Origin: Delftia acidovorans NBRC 14950
GTDB taxonomy: Bacteria; Pseudomonadota; Gammaproteobacteria; Burkholderiales; Burkholderiaceae_C
Length of the DNA: 32,000 nt
Assembly: GCF_001598795.1 (NCBI RefSeq)
Contig: NZ_BCZP01000001.1
Span: 510,001 to 542,000 of the forward strand
Direction: 5' to 3'
Shown: piece after piece, positions 1 to 7,811 of the stretch
Layout of the letters: the number at the start of each line of letters is the position of its first letter
Numbering within the stretch: the first letter of the stretch is position 1
Program-made: the position numbers and the translations under genes
Notes under the pieces: model-generated
Seen by the model: the letters and a program-made list of their open reading frames with translations, nothing else
Told to the model about the DNA's origin: nothing
The model's database searches: none

Positions 1-1
1 G

Positions 2-133
2 ACCGCCGAGGAGCATGCCGCCATCATCGAGGCCCTGTCCCAGGGCCGGCCCGAACTGGCGCAGCAGGCCATGGCCACGCACATCGTGCAGGCTGCCCAG
101 CGCGCGGGCGTGCACTTTCCCACCGGCCTGTAA
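2..133 (+). CDS. 3' end of a GntR-family (FCD-type ligand domain) transcriptional regulator, truncated by the window edge
   Basis: Open frame from the window edge translates TAEEHAAIIEALSQGRPELAQQAMATHIVQAAQRAGVHFPTGL, then TAA at 131-133. The H-x3-I ... A-x3-M-x2-H helix pattern resembles the C-terminal helices of FCD domains. Only 43 residues are visible. Confidence 0.45.
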   Translation, partial: TAEEHAAIIEALSQGRPELAQQAMATHIVQAAQRAGVHFPTGL

Positions 134-231
134 GCGCGCCGGCACGAGCCCGATCGGCCGGGTTTTTGGCCTTACCATCCTTGGCGCAACGCATTTTTTC
201 CCTCTCTACAGACCGCCACGGATGCCCATCC

Positions 232-1530
232 ATGACAAGCCAAGGAAATGAACTCTGCATACTGGCAGACGCCCTCGCGGCGCAGCGCGAAGGACTCTTG
301 CAGACATGGCGCAAGGCCGTCAGGCGGGACCCGGCACTGACCGCCGGCGAGGCGCTTCCCCGCACCCAGTTGAACGATCACATTCCGGCCGTGCTGGCCG
401 CGTTCGAGCAGCAATTGCGGACCCTCGGCGGTGCCCCGGCAGGCGCTGCCGAGCCGCCGGTCGATGGCGAGCAGGCCGCCGCCCACGGCCTGCACCGCTG
501 GCAACAGGGCTATGACCTGCATGAAGTCGTGCGCGAGCTGGGCCTGCTCAACGAAGTCATGGTGGCGCAACTGGAGGCCTATGCCGAGGAGCATCCCGAT
601 GCGCATGGCGCCATGCCCGTTGCGCGCAAGGCCTGGGCCGCCACCTACACGCGCGACGTGCAGGACAGCAGCACCCAGTATTTCCGCCTGCAGCAGCAGG
701 AGGCCGAGGGCCATGTCCGGGACCTGGAAGCGGCGCTGCATGACGTGAGCACGCTGGACCTGCAGCGCTCGCAACTGTGGGAGCAGGTCGCGCATGACCT
801 GCGCAGCAACGTCGGCGTGGTGGCCAATGTGACGCATGGCCTGGGCATGCAGCATGCGCCGGCGCAGTCGCGCGAGAAACTCCTGCGCATGCTGGACCGC
901 AACGTCCAGTCGCTGCGCCATCTGCTGGATGACGTGACGGAGCTGGCCAAGCTGCACGCCGGGCGCGAGCATCGCCAGCTGACCTCCTTTGACGCAGCCG
1001 AGGTGATCACCCATCTGTGCGAGGGACTGCAGGCCCTGGCCAACGATCGCGGCCTGTACCTGCACCTGCAGGGGCCGGGGACGATGCCGGTGGAAGGGGA
1101 TGCCTTGAAACTGCGCCGCATCGCGCAGAACCTGATACTCAACGCGCTCAAGTACACCCAGGAGGGCGGTGTCACGGTGAAGTGGGCTCTGGGTGATGGG
1201 GAGGACCGGCGCCGCTGGATGCTCTCCATCGGGGACACGGGCCCTGGCATGGCGCCTGCGGCGCCTTTGGTTGCCGCCCTCAAGCAGGCCACGGACATGG
1301 ACCCTTCGGGCCACCTGGGGACGGCGGCGTCCGGGGAGGTCCGCACCGGGGGCGCGCCGCAGCAAGGCGGTGCGGCGGCCAGCTACCGCAGCGGCGCAGG
1401 CGAGGGGATCGGCCTGTCCATCGTCAAGCGGCTGGCGGAATTGCTGGACGCCACGATCGAGGTGCAGTCGGCCGCGCAGACCGGCACGACCTTTCTTCTG
1501 TTGTTTCCGCTGCGATACGCCGACGAGTGA
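232..1530 (+). CDS. Soluble (no TM segment seen) sensor histidine kinase, HisKA + HATPase_c, with a helical N-terminal RsbRD-N-like sensor region
   Basis: H-box VAHDLRSNVGVV, N-box QNLILNALKYT, G1 IGDTGPGM, G2 GEGIGLSIVKRL. ATG at 232 is in frame with the tracked ORF 166..1530, whose 166 start is TTG. No hydrophobic stretch long enough for a TM helix. Confidence 0.85.
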   Translation: MTSQGNELCILADALAAQREGLLQTWRKAVRRDPALTAGEALPRTQLNDHIPAVLAAFEQQLRTLGGAPAGAAEPPVDGEQAAAHGLHRWQQGYDLHEVVRELGLLNEVMVAQLEAYAEEHPDAHGAMPVARKAWAATYTRDVQDSSTQYFRLQQQEAEGHVRDLEAALHDVSTLDLQRSQLWEQVAHDLRSNVGVVANVTHGLGMQHAPAQSREKLLRMLDRNVQSLRHLLDDVTELAKLHAGREHRQLTSFDAAEVITHLCEGLQALANDRGLYLHLQGPGTMPVEGDALKLRRIAQNLILNALKYTQEGGVTVKWALGDGEDRRRWMLSIGDTGPGMAPAAPLVAALKQATDMDPSGHLGTAASGEVRTGGAPQQGGAAASYRSGAGEGIGLSIVKRLAELLDATIEVQSAAQTGTTFLLLFPLRYADE

Positions 1531-1552
1531 CCGATAGCTGGGCCAGAAGATG

Positions 1553-1580
1553 AAAAAACGGGCACACAGGCCCGTCGTTT
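1553..1580 (-). terminator. Rho-independent terminator downstream of bfr (may also serve the kinase gene on the + strand)
   Basis: Stem ACGGGC (1558-1563) / GCCCGT (1570-1575) with a 6-nt loop. On the minus strand it is followed by a T-run (the A-run at 1553-1557 on +). Confidence 0.55.
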
Positions 1581-1624
1581 CGAGTGCGGGGTGCGGCCTG
1601 TGCCGCCGCCCCTGAGTCCGATGC

Positions 1625-2101
1625 TCAGGACTCTTCGTCCATCTGCGACTGCAGGTAGTTCTGGATGCCGACCTTGTCGATCAGGTCCAGCTGGGTTTCG
1701 AGGTAGTCGATGTGCTCCTCGGTATCGTCCAGGATCTTTTGCAGCAGGTCGCGCGAGACATAGTCGCGCACGCTTTCGCAGTGGGCGATGCCGTCCTTGA
1801 TGGTCTGCTGCGCGGTTTTCTCGCTGCTCAGGTCGCAAGCCAGGGCTTCGGGCACGTCCTCGCCGACTTGCAGCTTGCCCAGGTCCTGCAGGTTGGGCAG
1901 GCCGTCGAGCACGAAGATGCGGTCCATGAGCCAGTCGGCGTGCTTCATCTCGCCGATGGACTCCTTGTATTCCTTCTTGGCCAGCCTGTCGAAGCCCCAG
2001 TGCTTGTACATGCGGTAGTGCAGGAAGTACTGGTTGATGGCCGTCAGCTCGTTCTTGAGCTGGGCTTGCAGCCAGGTGATGACTTGTGCGTCGCCTTGCA
2101 T
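1625..2101 (-). CDS. bfr: Bacterioferritin
   Basis: 158 aa starting MQGDAQVITWLQAQLKNELTAINQYFLHYRMYKHWGF, with the typical Bfr length and ferroxidase-centre Glu/His pattern. AAGGAG-type RBS just upstream (minus strand) of the ATG at 2101. Confidence 0.95.
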   Translation of the reverse strand: MQGDAQVITWLQAQLKNELTAINQYFLHYRMYKHWGFDRLAKKEYKESIGEMKHADWLMDRIFVLDGLPNLQDLGKLQVGEDVPEALACDLSSEKTAQQTIKDGIAHCESVRDYVSRDLLQKILDDTEEHIDYLETQLDLIDKVGIQNYLQSQMDEES

Positions 2102-2364
2102 GGGGAACTCCTTTGTTGTACGTGGGGGACCGCGCCGATCGCCGGCCGCTATAGGGGTGGATTGTCTAGGGTTTCTGCGTCAGATCAAGCAAACCCCTGT
2201 TATCGCGCATTGGCTGCTTATGAGGCGCGTTCTCGTTTGCGGGCCGGCTGCCGACGCGGCTGCGGGGTTGCTGCATTGCCTTGTCATATTTCGGCCCAAA
2301 ATAGCCTCTTCAGGCCGGTGGCGGGCTGGTCAAGCCCGCAGGCCTGGAGACCAAGGATGTTCAC

Positions 2365-2416
2365 ATAGTTTTTGGCAATCGGATGAATTCAATCAATTCA
2401 TTGGATCAATCGATTG
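2365..2416 (+). promoter_or_regulatory. AT-rich, dyad-dense operator region upstream of ahpC (OxyR-type site suspected)
   Basis: ATAG-N7-CAAT-N7-ATTC-N7-TCAT (2365-2401) keeps the 4x(4+7) spacing of the OxyR ATAG-N7-CTAT-N7-ATAG-N7-CTAT motif but matches the letters only partly. Also the dyad TGAATT-N5-AATTCA (2384-2400), the perfect 10-bp palindrome CAATCGATTG (2407-2416), and CAATC three times (2376, 2390, 2407). Confidence 0.35.
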
Positions 2417-2469
2417 CCTGGGCCTAGACTTCGTCCTGTGTTCACTCACCAACCACAAAGGAAACAGCA

Positions 2470-3033
2470 ATGTCCGTGATCAACACCCAAATCAAGCCCT
2501 TCAAGACGCAGGCCTTCAAGAATGGCAAGTTCATCGAAGTGACCGAAAAGGACGTCCTGGGCAAGTGGGCCGTGTTCTTCTTCTACCCCGCTGACTTCAC
2601 CTTCGTGTGCCCCACCGAACTGGGCGACGTGGCCGACCACTACGACGAACTGCAAAAGCTGGGCGTGGAAGTCTTCTCCGTGTCCACCGACACCCACTTC
2701 GTGCACAAGGCATGGCACGACACGTCTGACACCATCCGCAAGATCAAGTACACGATGCTGGGCGACCCCACCTGGGAAATCAGCAACAACTTCGAAGTCC
2801 TGCGTCCCGGCCAGGGCCTGGCTGACCGCGGCACCTTCATCGTCGATCCCGATGGCGTGATCCAGGCCGTGGAAATCACCGCCGAAGGCATTGGCCGCAA
2901 CGCCGTCGATCTGCTGCGCAAGGTCAAGGCTGCCCAGTACGTCCGCAACCACCCCGGTGAAGTCTGCCCCGCCAAGTGGGAAGAAGGCGACAAGACCCTG
3001 GCTCCTTCGCTCGACCTGGTCGGCAAGATCTAA
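2470..3033 (+). CDS. ahpC: Alkyl hydroperoxide reductase subunit C (typical 2-Cys peroxiredoxin)
   Basis: 187 aa with [16 protein letters not shown] peroxidatic Cys motif, C-terminal resolving Cys in GEVCPAKW, and LDLVGKI terminus. Confidence 0.97.
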   Translation: MSVINTQIKPFKTQAFKNGKFIEVTEKDVLGKWAVFFFYPADFTFVCPTELGDVADHYDELQKLGVEVFSVSTDTHFVHKAWHDTSDTIRKIKYTMLGDPTWEISNNFEVLRPGQGLADRGTFIVDPDGVIQAVEITAEGIGRNAVDLLRKVKAAQYVRNHPGEVCPAKWEEGDKTLAPSLDLVGKI

Positions 3034-3074
3034 GCGGTACACCGCTTCCTGTTCACAGTTGAACTGTTGAAGAC

Positions 3075-3105
3075 GCCCGGGTGCCTGGCGCCCGGGCTTT
3101 TTTTT
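3075..3105 (+). terminator. Intercistronic stem-loop plus T-run between ahpC and ahpF (partial terminator or attenuator)
   Basis: GCCCGGG (3075-3081) / CCCGGGC (3091-3097) followed by TTTTTTTT (3098-3105). Confidence 0.7.
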
Positions 3106-3136
3106 CCGAAAATTCGTATTTCCCTAGGAGTCCGAC

Positions 3137-4693
3137 ATGCTTGACAACAACCTGAAAGCCCAATTGCAGGCCTACCTGGAGCGCCTGCAGCGTCCGGTGG
3201 AGCTGGTGGCTTCGCTGGATGACAGCCAGGGTGCGCGCGAGCTGAAGGAACTGCTGCTGGAAATCCGCGAGCTGAGCGACAAGATCACCGTCGTCGAGCA
3301 CAACGACGCCGAGGTGCGCAAGCCCTCGTTCCTGATCACCAATCCCGGCGTGGACAGCGGCGTGCGTTTCGCAGGCGTCCCCCTGGGCCATGAATTCACC
3401 TCGCTGGTGCTGGCCCTGCTGCAGGTCGGCGGCCATCCGTCCAAGGAATCGGCCGAGCTGCTGGAGCAGGTGCGCAATATCGACGTGCCGCTGCACTTCG
3501 AGACCTATTACTCGCTGTCCTGCCACAACTGTCCCGACGTGGTGCAGGCGCTGAACCTGATGTCCGTGCTCAACCCCAAGATCAGCCATACCGCCATCGA
3601 CGGCGGGCTGTTCCAGAAGGAAGTCGAGCAGCGCGAAGTCATGGGCGTGCCCACCGTCTTTGTGAACGGCGAGCGCTTCGGCCAGGGCCGCATGGAGCTG
3701 GCCGAGATCGTGGCCAAGGTCGATACCGGTGCCGCTTCGCGTGAAGCGGCCAAGATTTCCGCCAAGGATGCCTTCGACGTGCTGATCGTCGGCGGCGGCC
3801 CGGCCGGCGCGGCAGCTGCCATCTATGCGGCACGCAAGGGCATCCGCACCGGCATCGCCGCCGAGCGCTTCGGTGGCCAGGTGCTGGACACCGTGGACAT
3901 CGAGAACTTCATCTCGGTCTCCAAGACCGAAGGCCCGCAACTGGCCGCCGCCATGGAGCGCCATGTGCGCGACTACGAGGTGGACATCATGAACCTGCAG
4001 ACGGCGTCCAAACTGATTCCGGCCGCCACGGAAGGCGGGCTGATCGAGGTGCAGACCGCCTCGGGCGCCAGCCTCAAGGCCAAGACCGTCATCCTCTCGA
4101 CCGGCGCGCGCTGGCGCAACATGAACGTGCCGGGCGAGGACAAGTACCGCACCAAGGGCGTGACCTACTGCCCGCACTGCGACGGTCCCTTGTTCAAGGG
4201 CAAGAATGTGGCCGTCATCGGCGGCGGCAACTCGGGCGTGGAAGCGGCCATTGACCTGGCCGGCATCGTGCGCAGCGTGACGCTGCTGGAGTTCGCCAGC
4301 GAGCTCAAGGCCGACGCCGTGCTGCAAAAGAAGCTGCGCAGCCTGCCCAACGTCACGGTCATCCTCAACGCCCAGACCACCGAGGTCAACGGCGATGGCA
4401 AGAAGGTCACCGGCCTGACCTACAAGGACCGCACGACGCAAGAGGTCAAGACCGTGGCGCTGGAAGGCATCTTCGTGCAGATCGGCCTGCTGCCCAACAC
4501 CGACTGGCTCAAGGGCACGGTGGAGCTGACACGCTTCGGCGAAATCGTGATCGACGCCAAGGGCCACACCAGCGTGCCCGGCGTGTTCGGCGCAGGCGAC
4601 TGCACCAACGTGCCGTACAAGCAGATCATCATTGCTGCCGGTGCCGGCTCCACGGCTGCGCTGTCGGCCTTCGACCACCTGATCCGCCACTGA
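3137..4693 (+). CDS. ahpF: Alkyl hydroperoxide reductase subunit F (NADH-dependent peroxiredoxin reductase)
   Basis: 518 aa. N-terminal thioredoxin-fold pair with CHNC, FAD motif [21 protein letters not shown], redox-active CPHCDG, NADH motif [23 protein letters not shown] at 3125-3130. Confidence 0.97.
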   Translation: MLDNNLKAQLQAYLERLQRPVELVASLDDSQGARELKELLLEIRELSDKITVVEHNDAEVRKPSFLITNPGVDSGVRFAGVPLGHEFTSLVLALLQVGGHPSKESAELLEQVRNIDVPLHFETYYSLSCHNCPDVVQALNLMSVLNPKISHTAIDGGLFQKEVEQREVMGVPTVFVNGERFGQGRMELAEIVAKVDTGAASREAAKISAKDAFDVLIVGGGPAGAAAAIYAARKGIRTGIAAERFGGQVLDTVDIENFISVSKTEGPQLAAAMERHVRDYEVDIMNLQTASKLIPAATEGGLIEVQTASGASLKAKTVILSTGARWRNMNVPGEDKYRTKGVTYCPHCDGPLFKGKNVAVIGGGNSGVEAAIDLAGIVRSVTLLEFASELKADAVLQKKLRSLPNVTVILNAQTTEVNGDGKKVTGLTYKDRTTQEVKTVALEGIFVQIGLLPNTDWLKGTVELTRFGEIVIDAKGHTSVPGVFGAGDCTNVPYKQIIIAAGAGSTAALSAFDHLIRH

Positions 4694-4744
4694 CCAGCCG
4701 TTGCTCCGCCATGGTGCGGAGCAGGCCGGAGGAAGGGCCCGGAT

Positions 4745-4778
4745 GCCATGGCATCCGGGCCCTTTTTTCATCGCCCTG
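4745..4778 (+). terminator. Rho-independent terminator of ahpCF
   Basis: 12-bp stem GGGCCCGGATGC (4745-4756) / GCATCCGGGCCC (4761-4772) followed by TTTTTT. Confidence 0.85.
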
Positions 4779-4942
4779 CCAGGGGCAGAAGGCCTGGCGC
4801 AGCAAGGGGAGGGTGGGGGCTATTTTTCATGCCCGCGTCTTCAGGCGCGGGCCTTGTCGCTGTGGGTGTCGCACAGATAGCTGCCTGGCGGCACGCGGCG
4901 CCAGCAGGGTTTGTTCCGGGGCCCATGCGCCAGATCAAACCA

Positions 4943-4968
4943 ATAAATGAGAACTATTCGCATATAAT
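4943..4968 (+). promoter_or_regulatory. Candidate Fur box overlapping a perfect TATAAT -10 element upstream of the heme receptor
   Basis: ATAAATGAGAACTATTCGC (4943-4961) matches the 19-bp Fur consensus GATAATGATAATCATTATC at 11/19 by hand count. TATAAT at 4963-4968. The only AT-rich island in the 4.78-5.08 kb spacer. Confidence 0.4.
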
Positions 4969-5084
4969 TTTTCTTCATCCAGCCAGCACATGACGCGCCA
5001 ACGGCTGGCGGGCCACCCGCCAGCTGCTGCAAGCAGAAGCCAGCTCTCGCACATCCATGTTGATCAGAGAGAGAGGGCTTCGCA

Positions 5085-7373
5085 ATGGCTTACGACTTCG
5101 CAATGCAATCAAGCGCCCGGCGGGCGCGTCATCCCCTGGCCGCCGCCTGCGCGCTGCTGTGCGCCTCCGCTGCCCTGGCGCAGGAGCCGGGGCAGGCCGC
5201 CGCAGACGCCGCAAACGTTGCAAATGCCGGAGATGCCGACACGCAATTGCTGGCGCAGGCCGCGTCCGGGGCACGGACCCGCGCCCCGGCCCTCAAGGAG
5301 ATGGTGATCAGCGCTTCGCGCGAGGTGCAGGACCCTGACACCCTGCCCATGAGCATCGACGTGATCGACGCCGGCCGCATGGAACGCGAGCAGGCCAGCG
5401 ACATCCGCGAGATGGTCAACCTGCTGCCCAATGTCGAGGTGCCGCGTGCCCCGGCGCGCTTCTCTCTGGCGACCTCTCCGGCCGGGCGCGATCAGAACAG
5501 CGGCTTCAACATCCGTGGCCTGGATGGCAACCGCGTGCTCATGCTGGTCGATGGCGTGCGCCTGCCGCGCAGCTACAGCTTCAGCGCCAACAGCTTCGGC
5601 CGCGACTACCTGGACCTGGGCCTGGTGCAGCGCGTGGAAATCCTGCGCGGCTCCACGCCCGCGCTGTATGGATCGGACGGCATGGGCGGCCTGGTCAACT
5701 TCGTGACCGTGCAGCCGGACGATCTGCTGGGCAAGGACAAGCGCATCGCCGGCCGCGTGGCTGCCGGCTATGACGGCTCGGACAACGGCCGCAAGCTGGG
5801 CGCCACCGTGGCGGGCCGTGCCAGCCCCGAATGGGCATGGCTGCTGTCGGCGGGCCTGGGCCGCTCGCACGCGCTGGAGAACATGGGCACGAACAACGTG
5901 ACGGGCGCGGCGCGCACCACGCCCAATCCCGAGAAAGACCGCAGCGAATCGCTGATGGGACGCCTGGTCTTCACGCCCAGCGCCGTGCAAAAGCATGTCT
6001 TCACCTTCGAGAACGTGGACAAGCGCGCCGACTACGCCCTGCTGTCCGCGCGCTCGGCCACCGTGGCCAATTCCGACTCGCGCACCGACATGAAGCGCTG
6101 GCGGGCCAGCTGGCAGGGCCAGTGGCAGCAGCTGGGCACGGCGCTGGCCGACGAACTGCAGCTGATGGCCAGCTACCAGAAGTCCGACGCGCGCGAATTC
6201 GTCACCGAGACGCGCATCGGCCTGCCCTACCGCGAGCGCGACGTGACCTATGACGAGGACGCGATCCAGCTGCACGCCCAGGCCAGCCGCCTGCTGCGCT
6301 GGAGTTCTTCGGCCAGCGGCAAGTTCACCTACGGGCTGGACTACCTCCGCAACAAGGTGGTCAACGCGCAAAACGGCATCACGCCGCCCGTGGGCGAGAG
6401 CTTCCCGCTCAAGCGCTTCCCCGACACCACCGAAAGCGCCACCGCCCTGTTCGCCCAGGCCGAACTGCACAACGGCCCCTGGAGCGTGACCCCGGGCCTG
6501 CGCGCCGAGCACTACAGCATCAAGCCCCGGCAGAACGGCTTTGTGCCCACCGTGGTCAGCAACTCCGACTCCGCGCTCTCGCCCAAGCTGGGCGTGATGC
6601 TGCAGGCCAGCCCGGCCTGGTCCGTATATGGCAACTATGCGGCGGGCTTCCGGGCGCCCAACGCCGGGCAGATCAATGCCTTCTTCGAGAACCCGGTGGC
6701 GTTCTACCGGAACATTCCCAACCCCAATCTGCGGCCCGAAAAGAGCCAGACCTTCGAGCTGGGCCTGCGCGGGCGCATGGACAGGCTGCGCCTGGACGCC
6801 GCCGTGTTCACGGGGCGCTACAAGGACTTCATCGTCGACCAGCAACTGGTTGCCGGCCAGCCCGGCAACGCGGCCAACCCCGCCATCTACCAGTCCATCA
6901 ACGTGGGCCGCGCCCGCATCAGCGGCTTCGAACTCAAGGCCGACTACGACTGGGGCCGCCGGGCCGGCGGCGACTGGCAGACGCGCCTGGCCTACGGCTA
7001 TACCGACGGCAAGGACACGCAGTCCGACAAGCCGCTGGACACCATCTCGCCCCAGCAACTGGTGCTTGGCGTGCGCTACGAGCGCTCTGCCGTGGGCGTG
7101 CAGTTCAACGTCTCGCACTGGAGCGGCAAGAAGGCCGGCGACGTGTCCAACGGCAGCGCCGCCTGGCTCAGCCCCTCGGCCACCGTCGCCGACCTGAGCG
7201 CCCAGTGGCGCATACGCCCCGACCTGCGCCTGAACGCCGGCATCTACAACCTGACCGACAAGAAGTACTGGCGCTGGGCCGATGTGCGCGGCCTGGCTGC
7301 CAGCACGGCGATTGCCGACGCCTACAGCCAGCCCGGCCGCCATGTGCGGGTGTCGATGGTCAAGGATTTCTGA
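5085..7373 (+). CDS. TonB-dependent outer-membrane receptor, heme/hemoglobin receptor family
   Basis: 762 aa. Signal peptide ending AALA-QE, plug motifs (IEVLRG-type VEILRGSTPALYGSDGMGGLVNFVT), FRAP (6648-6659) and NPNL (6720-6731) boxes typical of heme receptors, terminal aromatic residue (KDF). Followed by a hemS-type gene. Alternative ATG at 5103. Confidence 0.9.
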   Translation: MAYDFAMQSSARRARHPLAAACALLCASAALAQEPGQAAADAANVANAGDADTQLLAQAASGARTRAPALKEMVISASREVQDPDTLPMSIDVIDAGRMEREQASDIREMVNLLPNVEVPRAPARFSLATSPAGRDQNSGFNIRGLDGNRVLMLVDGVRLPRSYSFSANSFGRDYLDLGLVQRVEILRGSTPALYGSDGMGGLVNFVTVQPDDLLGKDKRIAGRVAAGYDGSDNGRKLGATVAGRASPEWAWLLSAGLGRSHALENMGTNNVTGAARTTPNPEKDRSESLMGRLVFTPSAVQKHVFTFENVDKRADYALLSARSATVANSDSRTDMKRWRASWQGQWQQLGTALADELQLMASYQKSDAREFVTETRIGLPYRERDVTYDEDAIQLHAQASRLLRWSSSASGKFTYGLDYLRNKVVNAQNGITPPVGESFPLKRFPDTTESATALFAQAELHNGPWSVTPGLRAEHYSIKPRQNGFVPTVVSNSDSALSPKLGVMLQASPAWSVYGNYAAGFRAPNAGQINAFFENPVAFYRNIPNPNLRPEKSQTFELGLRGRMDRLRLDAAVFTGRYKDFIVDQQLVAGQPGNAANPAIYQSINVGRARISGFELKADYDWGRRAGGDWQTRLAYGYTDGKDTQSDKPLDTISPQQLVLGVRYERSAVGVQFNVSHWSGKKAGDVSNGSAAWLSPSATVADLSAQWRIRPDLRLNAGIYNLTDKKYWRWADVRGLAASTAIADAYSQPGRHVRVSMVKDF

Positions 7374-7374
7374 A

Positions 7375-7401
7375 GCATGCGCCTGTGGCGCGGGCGCATG
7401 C
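7375..7401 (+). other. Intercistronic 9-bp stem-loop just after the receptor stop codon
   Basis: GCATGCGCC (7375-7383) / GGCGCATGC (7393-7401) with a 9-nt loop and no T-run after it. Confidence 0.4.
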
Positions 7402-7439
7402 ATGTGCAACGCTGCCAACTGAAACGCAAGGAGAACCCC

Positions 7440-7811
7440 ATGCATCCATCCAAGAGTGAGAGCCTTGCCCAGGACGAGGAATACCTGCTGCCTGAGAACG
7501 AGGCCGCGCTGGCTGCCACGCTGGCCCTGATGACCGGCTTCGGCCACGGCTGCTGCGACACCCATAGGCCGGCCATGGCCGCCCGGGTGGCCGAGCAGCT
7601 CGAAAACCTGGCCTGCGCGGGCGGCTTGTCCCATGACATGCGCGCCCTGCTGGGGCGGCTGCAGCAACGCTGGCAGGCAGTGGCCGATGCGGGCGCGCCG
7701 TCGCGCTCGCACCGCGCCGTGTCCGATGCCGGAGTCGCCCTGCCTGGAGTCCATGCAGCCCAGCCGGTGCCCCATGCGCTCTGGCACGCACCGCTGGACA
7801 CCCTGCAATGA
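7440..7811 (+). CDS. Uncharacterised 123-aa protein inside the heme operon (no family recognised)
   Basis: ATG at 7440 preceded by AAGGAG (7429-7434). Its stop overlaps the hemS start (ATGA at 7808-7811). Translation MHPSKSESLAQDEEYLLPENEAALAATLALMTGFGHGCCDTHRP...HALWHAPLDTLQ. No TM segment or signal peptide. Confidence 0.65.
   Translation: MHPSKSESLAQDEEYLLPENEAALAATLALMTGFGHGCCDTHRPAMAARVAEQLENLACAGGLSHDMRALLGRLQQRWQAVADAGAPSRSHRAVSDAGVALPGVHAAQPVPHALWHAPLDTLQ

Noticed and set aside
2102-2469. Looked for a bfd (bacterioferritin-associated ferredoxin) gene next to bfr
   Set aside because: The spacer has no suitable small ORF on the minus strand. The plus-strand ORFs listed there (1712..2368, 2034..2594) overlap bfr or ahpC out of frame and look spurious.
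3053-4771. 572-aa minus-strand ORF antisense to ahpF, and the similar 692-aa ORF at 14055..16133 antisense to the symporter
   Set aside because: Same reasoning. The sense frames are clearly AhpF and an SSS permease.
4831-4853. Hairpin GCCCGCG-tcttcag-GCGCGGGC in the ahpF / heme-receptor spacer
   Set aside because: There is no T-run on either strand and no adjacent gene end that it could terminate. The real ahpF terminator is at 4745-4778. It is probably incidental GC-rich pairing.
4748-5032. Small ORFs (81 aa plus strand, 63 aa minus strand) in the spacer upstream of the heme receptor, considered as a possible hemP
   Set aside because: The translations bear no resemblance to HemP-type proteins. 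They overlap the ahpF terminator and the Fur box/promoter and lack ribosome-binding sites.
5109-7808. 899-aa minus-strand ORF antisense to the heme receptor
   Set aside because: It has the Arg/Ala/Gly/His-rich low-information composition typical of shadow ORFs in GC-rich DNA and no recognisable motif. The plus-strand frame encodes a complete, motif-rich TonB-dependent receptor.
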